Shown one piece after another: positions 1 through 14,232 of a stretch of 64,000 nucleotides of DNA. The position numbers and the translations under genes are program-made. The notes below the pieces were generated by a model. The model was not told where the DNA came from. It made no database searches and worked only from the letters and a program-made list of their open reading frames with translations. The stretch's first letter is position 1, and every line of letters begins with the position of its first letter. The stretch spans positions 640,001 through 704,000 of the forward strand of contig CAVSSM010000001.1 in NCBI GenBank assembly GCA_963730605.1, given 5' to 3'. This DNA is from an uncultured Chlamydiae bacterium (lineage in GTDB: Bacteria; Chlamydiota; Chlamydiia; Chlamydiales; SM23-39).

Positions 1-1
1 A

Positions 2-1264
2 TCCCACCTTCCCCATCATGTCCGTCCCGTCCTTTTTGAAAACCTTCCTAACCGCGACGCGAAAATCAAATTCTTGGTTACGACCGACGGCGATACGCGG
101 CTGACCCTGTTCCGGCAGATCGATGACGTTGAGCTGAAAAAAATTTTTGAACGGATGCCGACCGATGAAGCCGTATGGATCGTGGACGATATGCCGGAGA
201 GGCGTTTCCGCCGCTTGATGGCGGTGATCGACTCGAAAAAAGCGAGCCGGATCCGCGAGCTGAAAAAGCACGATCGCAAGAGCGCCGGCCGCCTCATGAC
301 CTCCGAATTTTTCGCGTTCACGATGGATATGACGATCGGGGAGGCGGCCGACTATATCCGGGACAACCCTAGGATCGATTTCACGAAGGGGATTTTCATC
401 CTGAACCATTCCGGCGAGCTGCAGGGGTACGTGCCTGCCCGCAACGTGATGATCAATCCTCTCACGACCCCGCTCCGCCAGGTGATGAGGCCCGTCTTGC
501 ACAAAGTCACCGCCGAAGCGACCCGGGAAGAGGTGATCGATATCGTCGAGCGCTACAAGATCGCCTCCCTGCCTGTCGTCGATATCGACAACTATCTCAT
601 CGGCGTCATCGCTCATGAAGACATCGTCGAGGCGCTGGAAGATTTGGCGGACGAGACGATCGCCAAGATGGCGGGTACGAATAACAAGTTCACGTCCCAC
701 GATCCGATCTTGCGCCGCTTCTTGACGAGAGCCCCCTGGCTTTTGGTGACTCTTCTCGCCGGGCTCCTAAACGTCGGCGTGATGTCCTCATTTCAAAAAT
801 ACGAGGGGGGAGTTTTGACGTTTGCCCTCTTTTTCGTCCCCTTAATCAATGGAATGTCCGGGACGATCGGGCTGCAATGCAGCACGGTTCTAGTGCGCAT
901 CATGGCCATGGGAGGGCTTTCTGCGGGCAGCCGCAGGGAGACACTTGTCAAAGAGCTCTTGAGCGGCCTTTTTACGGGCCTCATCTTCGGCATCGGCTGC
1001 GGCCTACTCGTCTATCTCTTCGATACGCTGGGCGGGGGCGTTGGGCCGGCCGCTCCGATCGCAGTCGGGGCGATCGTCGGGTTCGGCCTTATCGGGGGCT
1101 GTACAGCGGGCACGCTTCTTGGCGTCTTTTCGCCGCTTTTTTTCTCCCGGATCGGCGTCGATCCGGCCATTTCGGCTGGCCCCATCGTGACCGCCTTCAA
1201 CGATTTCTTGTCCATGACCATCTATTTTGTAATCGCTCTCGGCATCAGCAATTTGTTTTTTTAA
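2..1264 (+). CDS. mgtE: Magnesium transporter MgtE (5' end runs off the window)
   Basis: Frame open from base 2; N domain, CBS pair (SAGRLMT...LPVVD), RAPWLL motif, TM region with VDPAISAGPIVT. Confidence 0.93.
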   Translation, partial: SHLPHHVRPVLFENLPNRDAKIKFLVTTDGDTRLTLFRQIDDVELKKIFERMPTDEAVWIVDDMPERRFRRLMAVIDSKKASRIRELKKHDRKSAGRLMTSEFFAFTMDMTIGEAADYIRDNPRIDFTKGIFILNHSGELQGYVPARNVMINPLTTPLRQVMRPVLHKVTAEATREEVIDIVERYKIASLPVVDIDNYLIGVIAHEDIVEALEDLADETIAKMAGTNNKFTSHDPILRRFLTRAPWLLVTLLAGLLNVGVMSSFQKYEGGVLTFALFFVPLINGMSGTIGLQCSTVLVRIMAMGGLSAGSRRETLVKELLSGLFTGLIFGIGCGLLVYLFDTLGGGVGPAAPIAVGAIVGFGLIGGCTAGTLLGVFSPLFFSRIGVDPAISAGPIVTAFNDFLSMTIYFVIALGISNLFF

Positions 1265-1328
1265 CTCTCATTTTTTTGCATTGAATTTTTGCTAAAGTTT
1301 CAGTACACTTGGGAATGGAGCATTTCTT

Positions 1329-1649
1329 ATGAATTCCCGCACTCCTAGGCACTTTGACGGCACCCGTTCCCCCGGCGTAAAAATCGAGGAACTCTTGCCC
1401 GATCTATTGGCAAAGATCCGTAGGAATTCCGAAATTCCGAGGGAAGCGGTGTTCCGAGAATGGGCTCTTCTTATGGGAGAAAAATTGGCTGGGATGACAG
1501 AGCCCGTCTCTTTTGAAGACGGGGTATTGACGGTCGCTCTGAAAAGTTCGATGCTCTATAGTTTGCTCCGGGTGCATGAAAAGCCCCGACTGCTCAGGAA
1601 GCTCCAAGAAAAATTCCAGGTCAAGGACCTCGTGTTCAAGATCGGGTGA
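1329..1649 (+). CDS. DUF721/DciA-family protein
   Basis: 106 aa with [23 protein letters not shown] pattern; directly upstream of gyrB. Confidence 0.75.
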   Translation: MNSRTPRHFDGTRSPGVKIEELLPDLLAKIRRNSEIPREAVFREWALLMGEKLAGMTEPVSFEDGVLTVALKSSMLYSLLRVHEKPRLLRKLQEKFQVKDLVFKIG

Positions 1650-1657
1650 GGCAAGGC

Positions 1658-4143
<2,486 letters not shown>

Positions 4144-4153
4144 GAGAGAGCCT

Positions 4154-6611
4154 ATGTCCTATACGAAAGATGAAGTCATCGTTCCCCGCAATGTCGAAGA
4201 AGAGATGAAGGAAAGCTACCTTCGCTACTCGATGTCGGTCATCATCTCCCGGGCCCTTCCCGATGTGCGCGATGGGCTAAAGCCCTCCCAGCGGCGTATC
4301 CTCTATGCGATGCGGCAGCTGAATTTGACCCCGGGCGCCAAACACCGAAAATGCGCGAAAATCTCCGGCGACACGTCCGGCGATTACCACCCTCACGGCG
4401 AGACGGTGATTTATCCAACGCTTGTCCGCATGGCCCAGGATTGGGCGATGCGCTATACGCTTGATCAACGGGCAAGGAAACTTCGGATCGATCGACGGCG
4501 ATCCTCCTGCCGCGATGCGTTATACCGAAGCGCGCCTCACCCATGCCGCGATGGCCCTCATGGAAGATCTCGACAAAGAGACCGTCGAGATGATCCCCAA
4601 CTATGACGAGACGAAGACCGAGCCGACGGTATTTCCCGCGAAATTTCCGAATCTGCTCTGCAACGGCTCTTCTGGGATTGCAGTCGGTATGGCGACGAAT
4701 ATCCCTCCCCATAACTTTGACGAGCTCGATCGCCGCGACGATCTTGTGCTCGACAATCGCAGCGCCAGCCATCGACGAGATCATGAAGGTGATGCCCGGG
4801 CCCCGACTTTCCGACAGGCGGCGTCATCTGCGGCTACCGGGGCATCAAAGAAGCCTACCATACAGGCCGAGGCAAGATCATCCTTCGCGCGCTCGTTACG
4901 AGTGGAAGACCTGCCGAATCAGCGGCAGCAGATCATCGTCGATGAGATCCCCTACAACGTCAACAAATCGAGTCCTCATCAAGCGGATCGCCGACCTGAT
5001 CAATGAAAAAGTGATCACCGGCCTCTCCGATATCCGCGATGAATCGGACAAAGACGGGATGCGGATCGTCCTCGAGCTCAAACGGGGCGAGATTCCCGAT
5101 GTGACGATCAACCAGCTCTATAAAAATACCGATCTTCAGGTGACGTTCGGCTGCAACATGCTCGCGCTCGACAAGCGGCTTGCCGCGCACGATGAATATC
5201 AAGCATTTCATCGGCGCGTGGATCGACCACCGGATCGAAGTCATCCGCCGCCGCACCCGCTTCGAGCTTGCCAAAGCAGAAGCCCGCGCCCATATTTTAG
5301 AAGGGTATCTCAAAGCGCTCGACCATCTCGACGAAGTGGTCAAGATCATCCGCGCATCGGAAAACCGCGACGCAGCCCGGACCGAATTGATGGTCCGCTT
5401 TGCCTTATCGGAAAGACAGGCCAACGCCGTCCTCGACCTTCGCCTCTACCAACTGACTGGTCTCGAAGCGGAAAAGATCGAAGCCGAATACAAAGACCTT
5501 CTTGCGAAAGATCGCCCATTTCAAAGCGATCCTCGCGCTGAGGCGATGGTCCGCGACATCATCCGCGAAGAGCTTGAAGAGATCGAAAAAAGCGCTGAAA
5601 TCGGAGCGGAAGACCAAGATCATCGCCGCCGAAGGGGAATTCCAGATGGAAGACCTGATCGCCGACGAACAGGTGGTGATCACCATTTCCAATGACGACT
5701 ACATCAAGCGGATGCCGATCGATACCTTCCGCGAGCAGCGACGCGGCGGCGCCGGCGTCGTCGGCATGGAGATGAAGAAAGAAGCCGACATCCTGAAAAA
5801 CATCTACGTCGCTTCGACCCACGAATATCTCCTCATCTTCACAAACCATGGCCGATGCTATTGGACCAAAGTTTGGCAGATCCCGGAAGCGGGACGCCGC
5901 ACCAAAGGGCGACCGATCATCAATCTTCTCGAAGATTTGCGCGAAAATGAAAAAGTCGCCGCGATCTTCAAAGTGCGCAATTTCGAAGAGGAGGCTTGCA
6001 TCCTTCTTGCGACGTTGAAAGGGGTCGTGAAAAAGACCGAGCTATCGGCGTTCAGCAATCCGCGACGCAAAGGGGTCTATGCCCTCAATATCGACGAAGG
6101 CGACGAGCTGATCGCTGCGCGGATGACCCATCCCGGCCAGCAGATCATGATCTTTACCAAGAACGGCATGGCTGTCCGGTTTGACGAAAGCCTTGTCCGC
6201 CCCATCGGCCGAGTTGGCCGCGGCGTGCGCGGGGTCACGCTTAAAAATGAGAAAGACGATAAAGTCGTCGGCTGCGAAGTGGTCAACGCCGGACGAAACG
6301 ATCCTCATCGTCTGTGAAAACGGCTTCGGCAAACGATCCAATGTCGAAGATTTCCGCCAAACGAACCGCGGCGGCGTCGGCGTCCGTTCGATCATCACCT
6401 CCGAGCGGAACGGCATGGTCGTCGCGGCTCTCAGCGTGACCGATACCGATAGCGTTCTTCTCATGTCGCGGAAGGGCAAGCCGTCCGCATCCCGATGCGC
6501 GATGTCCGCGTCATGGGCCGATCGACCCAAGGAGTGCGCCTCGTCAATGTGAAAGGGGATAACGACATGGTCGTCGGCGCTCAGAAAATCGAAGCGATCG
6601 CGGAAGAGTAA
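4154..6611 (+). CDS. gyrA: DNA gyrase subunit A, broken by multiple single-base frameshifts
   Basis: [33 protein letters not shown], catalytic AAMRYTEAR, GyrA box QRRGGAG and beta-pinwheel repeats spread over several frames. Confidence 0.93.
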
Positions 6612-6612
6612 A

Positions 6613-6776
6613 TATACCGCGCCCACTCATTTTGAGTGAATTTCGTTGAGCGCCTTTTACGCCCCAGCGCATTGCTCGATCTTGCTAACATCCTAAAGTT
6701 TACGGCGATCTCCGCAACGCTACTGGAGCGCAAAATCCGCTATCAAAATTCACACAACCTAAGCGGGCGCGGTATA
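6613..6776. mobile_element. 164-bp palindromic MITE, family A, copy 1
   Basis: Ends TATACCGCGCCC / GGGCGCGGTATA; nested internal inverted arms; closely similar reverse copy at 43767-43930. Confidence 0.9.
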
Positions 6777-7107
6777 GAAAAATCAGGGCTCTGCCCTGAC
6801 CCGCCAAAGGCTGCGGAAATACAAAAAAGATTTTTTTGTGCGGAGCAGATCCTTTGGAATCTTGGGATGAAGATGACGCTCAGGATTAGTCTTTAGGCTC
6901 TAGAGAAATATCCTATAGTCCGTTTTAAAAAAATCTGCAAAACGCTTCGCCGTTATCATTCATATTATTCTAAGTCTTTCATTATCAAATATTTTGCTTT
7001 TTACTCAATGCATTGAGTAAAATTGCTCAATGGATTGAGCAAATGGGTAATAGCTTGATTTTCAAACTCTTGATGAAGCGGCTGGGGGAGCCTAGAGGGT
7101 TCATTCC

Positions 7108-7728
7108 ATGACGCGCGGCATTTTCATTACCATCGAGGGCGGGGAAGGAGCGGGCAAGACGACCCTGATCGAGAGCCTCTATAAGCACCTTGTTGAAGCA
7201 GGACGGCAAGTCCTAAAAACTCGAGAGCCAGGCAGCACGCCCCTTGGGGAAGAGATCCGCAACATCCTGCTTCACCATAAGGGCCCTGTTTCTCCCTACA
7301 CGGAACTTTCCCTTTTCCTCGCCTCGCGCGCCCAGCATATCTCCGAATTGATCGCTCCCGCCCTAGAGGCAGGCATTGTCGTTCTTTGCGACCGGTTCAA
7401 CGATTCGACGATCGCCTACCAAGGGATGGCCCGCGGGCTTGGGATGGAAAAAGTCGCTTCCTTTTGTGAGTTCATATGTGCGGGATTGGAGCCAAATCTA
7501 ACCCTTTATCTCGATATTGATCCAAAACAGGGGATTTCCCGAGCGAAAAAGACCCATTCATTGGATCGGATCGAGGCTGAGGACCTCGTTTTCCATGCCA
7601 AGATCCGCAAGGGGTTTCTCGCCCTCCACAAAAAATATCCCCATCGCTTCCATCTGATCGATGCCGATCAATCATCTGTTGCGGTTTTTCGGGAGGCACT
7701 GGCGTTGCTGAGGCCCTTATTCCATTAA
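7108..7728 (+). CDS. tmk: Thymidylate kinase
   Basis: FITIEGGEGAGKTT P-loop, TREPG, LCDRF.DST.AYQG. Confidence 0.96.
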   Translation: MTRGIFITIEGGEGAGKTTLIESLYKHLVEAGRQVLKTREPGSTPLGEEIRNILLHHKGPVSPYTELSLFLASRAQHISELIAPALEAGIVVLCDRFNDSTIAYQGMARGLGMEKVASFCEFICAGLEPNLTLYLDIDPKQGISRAKKTHSLDRIEAEDLVFHAKIRKGFLALHKKYPHRFHLIDADQSSVAVFREALALLRPLFH

Positions 7729-8048
7729 GAGACTTTACGAACTTTGTTTCTGTCGATTTACCCTTCCTTTTCTTAACTTGCGGTTCCCTTGTTCGAATAT
7801 GCTTGGAATGAGCAACTTGTATACAAATTGATTCTTAGGAATTTAAGAAGAAAAAGATTTTCGAATATGGGGATTTTTTCTTTACTTTCTCATTCATTGG
7901 GATCTGGCCGTTTTTACGCGATAAAATGTTGGTTGTCAGTAACTTATTTTTGTTTTTTGGTTATTAGCAATATTAAATATCTTTTGAATTAAATATATAA
8001 ATTCGTTATAATTAATATGAATAATAAATAAAATAACTGGAGATTAAT

Positions 8049-10422
8049 ATGAGCTTTGAAGTAAAAGCAAGCGTTGGAGTACAAGAAACAGTATGGCGAG
8101 CTCTAAGAAACTGTGTGTCTAAGCACGCCAACACAGTACTTCCTGTCAGCGCAACCGTTTCTATTGTTGCGGGTACTACTGCAGGCGCTGTTATTGCTAC
8201 GGCTCCGATACTAGCGAGTGCAACAATAGTTACGGTAGCTTTAGGTGGAGTTGCAGCTATGTTTTTTGCGGTAGGAACGCAATTATTCCCGCTCAAAAAA
8301 ATGGAAACAGTGGATGCTAAATCGAGTACTATAAACGATTATTTCCTCGATACTACTACTCAGCTCTATGTTGAAAAACTCAATTTTAATACGGAAGAAA
8401 CTCGCAAATCAGCTGAAAAAGTTTTTAAAGATGTTCGGGCTGTCGATCAAGAAGCTCTCTACAATTCCATTAACAATGCAAAGTTTAAAATACGTGAAGA
8501 AAAAAGAATTAAGACAGTTCTTGATGCGACTGTGAACCTTCCAGCACCTGACAGAGCCGAATTTGTCAAGTTGCTAACTGAACTATATCAACCTAAAGAA
8601 TTTACAAATATTATAAATCTGCTCACAGATACTAATAATATTCCAAATCAAGCAGAAATACTAAGTATTCTCAAGCATTTAAAAGTTCTTAACGTGTCAG
8701 CTAGTGTAATAAATGGAGAGATAATAAAGTCTCTTGCGAAATTTACCGATGTTGATAAACGATTCAATATCGTCACATTGTTAAAAGATCTTGGATTAAA
8801 AAATGAGCCTATAGATGAAGCTCAAAGAGGAATTATCAATGGCATAAAATTCCTGAACAAATTTGATGAGGAAGGTGATAGAACAAACGTTGCTACTCGG
8901 ATAAAGAATCTTAAAATCCCAACGAATGATATGCCAAGCTTTATGACCGCTCTGGCAAACTCAATTCATGAATTAAATGACCTACATCATTTCTTAGACC
9001 AGGCTATGAAAATCAATGTGCCCGATAAAATCAAATGTGCTACTTATGCATGTTTAGCTGGCGTTGCTCAGAAAGAAAGAGAGGATTTTGTTCATTTTGC
9101 CAATCAATTATTGCAACCATCATTAAAAGACACCTCAAAATTGGATATCTTGAAAAAATTAGCGTCTATTCCTCCTCGAACTGAACATATTACACCAGCT
9201 CAAATTAAAAGAGCACGAGAAAATTTTGTAAATAAAGTGAAAAGAGATGAAGGTTTTTGTGAAATGATAGATATCTTAGGATTAGAGGCTACTTCATTCA
9301 ATTCTAAAGACTTATTAAAAATCGCTAAACAAATTCATAGTACAACATCAAAAGAAAAATTTCCTGATAAAGGTAGTGAAAATAGAGAGAAATTGCTGAA
9401 AATGGCCTACGATGTAATTAATAATTATGGGACGTTTAATGAATTCGAAAAGCATGTCATCCGTGCAATAGCTCCTAGGAGTGGTATGCTGTTTTTTACG
9501 TCGGATTCAATAAAGCAGAATGCATTTGAAACGTTATCTAAGTCGACTAAAGACCAGCAAAAATTATTTAACCTTATTATAAATCAGAAACGGATGGATG
9601 ATGTGGATGATGTAATCGATTTTGCGAAAGCCATCAATACGATACCAAAAAATGCATTTTTAAAAAATGAATTATTTGATTTTGATAAATTGAATACTAA
9701 TGAATTAAAAAAACTACTTGATAAATTAACTGATAAACAGTGCGCTGTCGTTATTCAGTATTTGGCAAATTTAATAGATTTAAATACAATTAATTTAGAT
9801 ATAAATACAATTTCCAAGATTAATACTGCTATCACTCGTAATATGAGTACAACTTTTCTCGAGTCAATACTGGACGTGCTAGACCTAAGTGCGGCGAGCG
9901 CGCCGGGGGGGGGGCAGCAGTGGTACCAGTGCCAGCGCCAGTGCCAGGAGCAGTGCCAGCAGTGGTACCAGTACCAGTGCCAGCGCCAGGAGCAGTGCCA
10001 GGAGCAGTGCCAGGAGCAGTGCCAGGAGCAGTGCCAGGAGCAGTGCCAGGAGCAGTGCCAGGAGCAGTGCCAGGAGCAGTGCCAGCAGTGGTACCAGCGC
10101 CAGCGCCAGGAGCAGCGCCAGGAGCAGGAGGAGGACCACCACCGCAGCCACCGCAGCTACAGCAGCCACCGCAGCCAGCAGCTACCAGCGCCAGCAGCCA
10201 CCGCAGCTAGCGCCAGCAGCCACGCAGACCCCACCGCAGCCACCGCAGCTACAGCAGCCACCGCAGCCACCGCAGCTACAGCAGCCACCGCAGCCACCGC
10301 AGCTACAGCAGCCACCGCAGCCTACAGCAGCCACCACAGCCGCAAGTAGCCAGACAAACATGGTGGCACTCCCTACAAACATGGTGGCACTCCCTAGTGA
10401 AATTTTTGGACAACAATTTTAG
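8049..10422 (+). CDS. Large AT-rich Inc/effector-like protein with a repetitive C-terminus; frame ambiguous after the G10 run (annotated frame stops at 10349)
   Basis: Long hydrophobic stretch at about aa 28-82, helical body, then GC-rich tandem repeats; alternative frames give (VPGA)n and (PPQPPQLQQ)n ending at 10422. Confidence 0.6.
9915..10342 (+). repeat. Tandem repeats: 12-bp GTGCCAGGAGCA array followed by 9/27-bp CCACCGCAG(CCACCGCAGCTACAGCAG) array
   Basis: Directly visible periodicity; preceded by G10 at 9905-9914. Confidence 0.92.
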
Positions 10423-10497
10423 CGGGTGATGTGTATGCCGCTGCAATGAGAGCATCGGCATATTTCTAGACTCATTTTTTTCAAAACTTCTTCAAAG

Positions 10498-10531
10498 AAA
10501 AAAATCCTTCCATTCGGAAGGGTTTTTTTTT
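10498..10531. terminator. Intrinsic terminator, probably bidirectional
   Basis: AAAAAAAATCCTTCC-ATTC-GGAAGGGTTTTTTTTT between convergent genes. Confidence 0.75.
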
Positions 10532-10651
10532 GTCTTATTCACTGCTGAGAGCTGTCGTATCTATCGGCAAGGCCGGGTGCTGTTTCCCACCAGGGCTCGC
10601 CGGAGAACAATACGGTATCGCCATGGCGGAAGACCCGGTAGGTTATGCCTA

Positions 10652-11092
10652 TCAGGTGGGGTCGAAAACAGAAATGAAAGGATTTTCTCCATATTGCAAA
10701 ATTTTCTCATCTGCGGTAACCAATACCGCATCTTCTTCATAAGCGCTAGCAATAAGTATCCGGTCTGCAGGGTCTCCATGAATCAGCCCTGGCAATCGAT
10801 TGCTAAGAATGGCTACTTCAAACGAAATTTCGGAAATCAATATGCCAGGTAATTCAACCCATTGTTTTAGCCAATCAGTCATTTCCATATCCAAAACAAT
10901 CCTTTTTCTTTCTACAAGCATGGAGATTTCCCAAACTGAAATGGGAGAAATGAGTAAATGCTCTCGCTGCTTAGCATTTTGAATGGCTTTTCTGGTAGGT
11001 GGCGTAATGATTGGGTTGCCCCCCGCTATCCAAATCCAAACATGGGTATCTAGAAGAAGTTTATGCTGTTTTACTTCCTTAACGTGTGGCAT
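10652..11092 (-). CDS. vapC: PIN-domain (VapC-type) toxin
   Basis: LLLDTHVWIW, ISPISVWEI, HGDPADRILIASA, LVTAD; overlaps the end of the antitoxin. Confidence 0.9.
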   Translation of the reverse strand: MPHVKEVKQHKLLLDTHVWIWIAGGNPIITPPTRKAIQNAKQREHLLISPISVWEISMLVERKRIVLDMEMTDWLKQWVELPGILISEISFEVAILSNRLPGLIHGDPADRILIASAYEEDAVLVTADEKILQYGENPFISVFDPT

Positions 11093-11309
11093 CCCACACC
11101 TCATCAATTGGAGAAATAATGTCTCCAACGATATGCACAGTGCCCTTCATTCTACCGAACAAAACACCTTCATCTTCTTCAATAGGGATTAACTGAGCGA
11201 TGGGTTTGTTTCTTTTAGTGATGATAATTTTTCGTTTTGTCCTTTGTACTCTATCCATCAACTTGAGACAATGCGCCTTAAATTTACCAGCTTGCACATA
11301 TTCAGTCAT
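11079..11309 (-). CDS. Phd/YefM-family antitoxin
   Basis: AGKFKAHCLKLMDRV...IIITKRNKPIAQLIPI; immediately upstream of the PIN toxin. Confidence 0.9.
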   Translation of the reverse strand: MTEYVQAGKFKAHCLKLMDRVQRTKRKIIITKRNKPIAQLIPIEEDEGVLFGRMKGTVHIVGDIISPIDEVWDATR

Positions 11310-11328
11310 AAAACACCCATGTCACATA

Positions 11329-11349
11329 TGGTCATATTATCATGACCAT
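11329..11349. promoter_or_regulatory. Candidate TA autoregulatory operator
   Basis: Inverted repeat ATGGTCAT-N6-ATGACCAT just upstream of the antitoxin start. Confidence 0.5.
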
Positions 11350-11497
11350 GATTTTCGATCAACAAGATTTGTAAGACACTGACTGCAAGGTGGGTTAATA
11401 CCTCAATTTTGCGAAAAATTTCGCGCTCAAAACAATACTCAAGCGTTGATTTGACAATTCATAGGAAATATTTGAGGTTTGGGTTATTGGTATATTC

Positions 11498-14176
11498 ATG
11501 CCAACGGAAGAAGAAAAAAGGCTCGATGCGGCAAGGCTGCAAAATGCCACGTGGAGGAACTGGGGTCCCTATCTGAGCGAGCGGCAATGGGGGACCGTCC
11601 GAGAAGATTACAGCGCGAACGAAGACGCGTGGAACTACTTGACCCATGACCAGGCCCGCTCCCGCGCCTACCGGTGGGGAGAGGATGGAATCGCGGGCAT
11701 CTCGGACTTCAAGCAAAGGCTCTGTTTTGCGATCGCTCTCTGGAATGGCAAAGACCCGATCTTGAAGGAGAGGCTTTTCGGCTTAAGCGGAAGCGAGGGC
11801 AACCATGGCGAAGACGTCAAAGAATACTATTTTTACCTCGATAACCTCCCAAGCCACGCCTACATGAAGATGCTCTACAAATACCCTCAAGAGGCGTTTC
11901 CCTATGAGGATTTGATCGCGGAGAATAGGAGGCGGGGACGGGGCGATTTCGAATATGAACTCTTAGATACGGGGATTTTCAATGAGGATCGATATTTCGA
12001 CGTCTTCGTCGAATATGCGAAAGCATCTGTCGATGACATGCTGATCCGGATCACTGCCCTAAACCGCGGCAACGATAGCGCGATGCTCCACCTCTTGCCG
12101 ACGCTTTGGTTTCGCAACACGTGGAGTTGGGCTAAGGATTCGCCGAAACCGATGCTTTCCCTGAAGGGGGCCGCAGCGCAAGCCGAGCATAAAGAGCTGG
12201 GATCTTATTATTTGTATGCGGAAAAGCCGAAAGTTTGGCTTTTTACCGAAAATGAGACGAACAAAAAGAGGCTTTTTAGCGTTGAAAACGAAACTCCTTA
12301 TGTCAAAGACGCGTTTCATGAATATGTCGTGCATGGCAACAAGAGCGCGGTGAACCCAGAACAGTGGGGCACCAAAGCGGCCGCCCATTTTACGATCGAG
12401 GCGCCGCCAGGGAAGGACGTTGTGGTGCGGCTCCGCTTGAGCAAAGAAGGGAATCTCAAAGATCCTTTTGGGAAGTCTTTTGGAGAGGTCTTTGCCGCGA
12501 GGCTTCAGGAAGCAGACGATTTTTATAAGGGCGTCACACCGTTTTCTCTTCCGGAGGATATGCGAAATGTCCAAAGACAAGCCTTTGCCGGCATGCTCTG
12601 GAATAAGCAGTACTATGAATACGATGTGGAGCAATGGCTAAAGGGAGATCCGGCAGAGCCGCCTCCCCCCTCGGACCGAAAGCAGGGCCGCAACAGCCAC
12701 TGGAAAATGCTGAGAGCCCAGAATATCTTCTCGATGCCGGACAATTGGGAATATCCTTGGTTTGCAGCCTGGGATTTGGCGTTCCACACGGTGACGTTTG
12801 CGCTGATCGATCCCGATTTTGCCAAGCATCAGCTCCTCCTTCTCACGAAGGAATGGATGATGCACCCTGACGGGCAGCTTCCGGCCTACGAATGGGATTT
12901 TGGCGACGTCAACCCGCCTGTTCACGCTTGGGCGGCTTTCCGAGTCTATCAGATCGAAGAAAAAAGAACGGGGCGGAGCGACAGAGCCTTCCTTGAAGAG
13001 ATCTTCCAAAAGCTCTGCCTGAATTTCACCTGGTGGGTCAACCGGAAAGACGCCGGCGGGCGGAATATTTTCGAGGGAGGGTTCCTGGGGCTCGACAATA
13101 TCGGCCCATTCGATCGGACGAAGGGTATCCCCGAAGGGGGGATGTTTCTCCAACCGGATGGGACAGGTTGGATGGGGATGTATTGCCTCAACCTCTTGCA
13201 GATCGCATTAGAGCTTGCGATCGAGGACCCGATCTATGACAGCATGGCGGCCAAGTTCTTGGAGCATTTCATCTTCATCGCAGACGCTATGAATAGCCAA
13301 GGAGAAGGGCTTTGGGATGAAGACGAAGGGTTTTACCACGGCCGTTTGATCTTGCCGGACGGACGGAACATCAAAACGCCTCAGGTGACCTTTGTCGGGG
13401 CGATCCCGCTCTTTGCGCTCGCGACCAGCGTCTCTTCCGATAAGCACCCTTTCCCCGAATACCGGAAACGGTTCCAATGGTTTATCGACCATCGGCCAGA
13501 GCTTGTCGCAAATATCGTAGAAAAGGTCGGGAAAGGGGCAAACGAGCGGATCCTCCTATGCCTTGCCGACCCGGATCAGATGCGTAAAGTATTGGAAAAA
13601 GTCCTCGACGAAGAGCAGATGTTCAGCTCGTTTGGGATCCGCTCGGTTTCGAAGAAGCTGGGCAAAGAGCCCTATGTCTTGAACCTAGACGGGAAAGAAT
13701 ACAGGCTCGATTACGAGCCGGGCGAATCGACAATCCCGATGTTCGGCGGCAATTCGAATTGGAGAGGGCCAGTCTGGTTTCCTCTGAATTTCCTCATGAT
13801 CGAATCGATCCAAAAATACCATTTTTTCCTCGGCTCCGATTTTAAGGTCGAGTGTCCCAATGCCACGGGACATAAACTCAATCTTTGGGACGTTTCACAG
13901 GAGATCTCGCGGCGGCTGATGAATATCTTTCTGAAGGATGAAAAAGGGCGGAGGCCTCTTTATGGCCGGCTAGAGAAATTCCAAACCGATCCCCACTGGA
14001 AAGACTACATACTGTTTCACGAGTATTTCCATGGAGAAAACGGCGCAGGGCTCGGCGCCTCCGCACAGACGGGCTGGACCGGGCTGATTGCCAAGCTGAT
14101 CCATCAATATGGAGAATACGTCCTCGGCCATAAATCTCCCAGCCAGATCGAAAAAAAGCACTTAGGTGTTCTCTAG
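11498..14176 (+). CDS. GH63/MGH1-like glycoside hydrolase (glucosidase)
   Basis: WGPYLSERQWGTVREDYS, SMPD.WEYPWFAAWDLAFH, FGGNSNWRGPVWFPLN, FHEYFHGENGAGLGAS.QTGWT. Confidence 0.85.
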   Translation: MPTEEEKRLDAARLQNATWRNWGPYLSERQWGTVREDYSANEDAWNYLTHDQARSRAYRWGEDGIAGISDFKQRLCFAIALWNGKDPILKERLFGLSGSEGNHGEDVKEYYFYLDNLPSHAYMKMLYKYPQEAFPYEDLIAENRRRGRGDFEYELLDTGIFNEDRYFDVFVEYAKASVDDMLIRITALNRGNDSAMLHLLPTLWFRNTWSWAKDSPKPMLSLKGAAAQAEHKELGSYYLYAEKPKVWLFTENETNKKRLFSVENETPYVKDAFHEYVVHGNKSAVNPEQWGTKAAAHFTIEAPPGKDVVVRLRLSKEGNLKDPFGKSFGEVFAARLQEADDFYKGVTPFSLPEDMRNVQRQAFAGMLWNKQYYEYDVEQWLKGDPAEPPPPSDRKQGRNSHWKMLRAQNIFSMPDNWEYPWFAAWDLAFHTVTFALIDPDFAKHQLLLLTKEWMMHPDGQLPAYEWDFGDVNPPVHAWAAFRVYQIEEKRTGRSDRAFLEEIFQKLCLNFTWWVNRKDAGGRNIFEGGFLGLDNIGPFDRTKGIPEGGMFLQPDGTGWMGMYCLNLLQIALELAIEDPIYDSMAAKFLEHFIFIADAMNSQGEGLWDEDEGFYHGRLILPDGRNIKTPQVTFVGAIPLFALATSVSSDKHPFPEYRKRFQWFIDHRPELVANIVEKVGKGANERILLCLADPDQMRKVLEKVLDEEQMFSSFGIRSVSKKLGKEPYVLNLDGKEYRLDYEPGESTIPMFGGNSNWRGPVWFPLNFLMIESIQKYHFFLGSDFKVECPNATGHKLNLWDVSQEISRRLMNIFLKDEKGRRPLYGRLEKFQTDPHWKDYILFHEYFHGENGAGLGASAQTGWTGLIAKLIHQYGEYVLGHKSPSQIEKKHLGVL

Positions 14177-14232
14177 GGACTTCATGACCCTCTCTAGTTG
14201 CTCAAATAGCAAGTTCGTCGTATAATCGAAGG

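Noticed and set aside
6636..6896. Apparent paralogous small proteins (MNFVERLLRPSALLDLANILKF at 6636 and 43907; similar ORFs near 52985)
   Set aside because: They are translations of family A MITE copies; the similarity stops at the element boundary.
9915..10130. Cys-rich (QCQE)n metal-binding domain
   Set aside because: It depends on the exact length of a G10 run; the alternative Pro-rich frame is at least as plausible.
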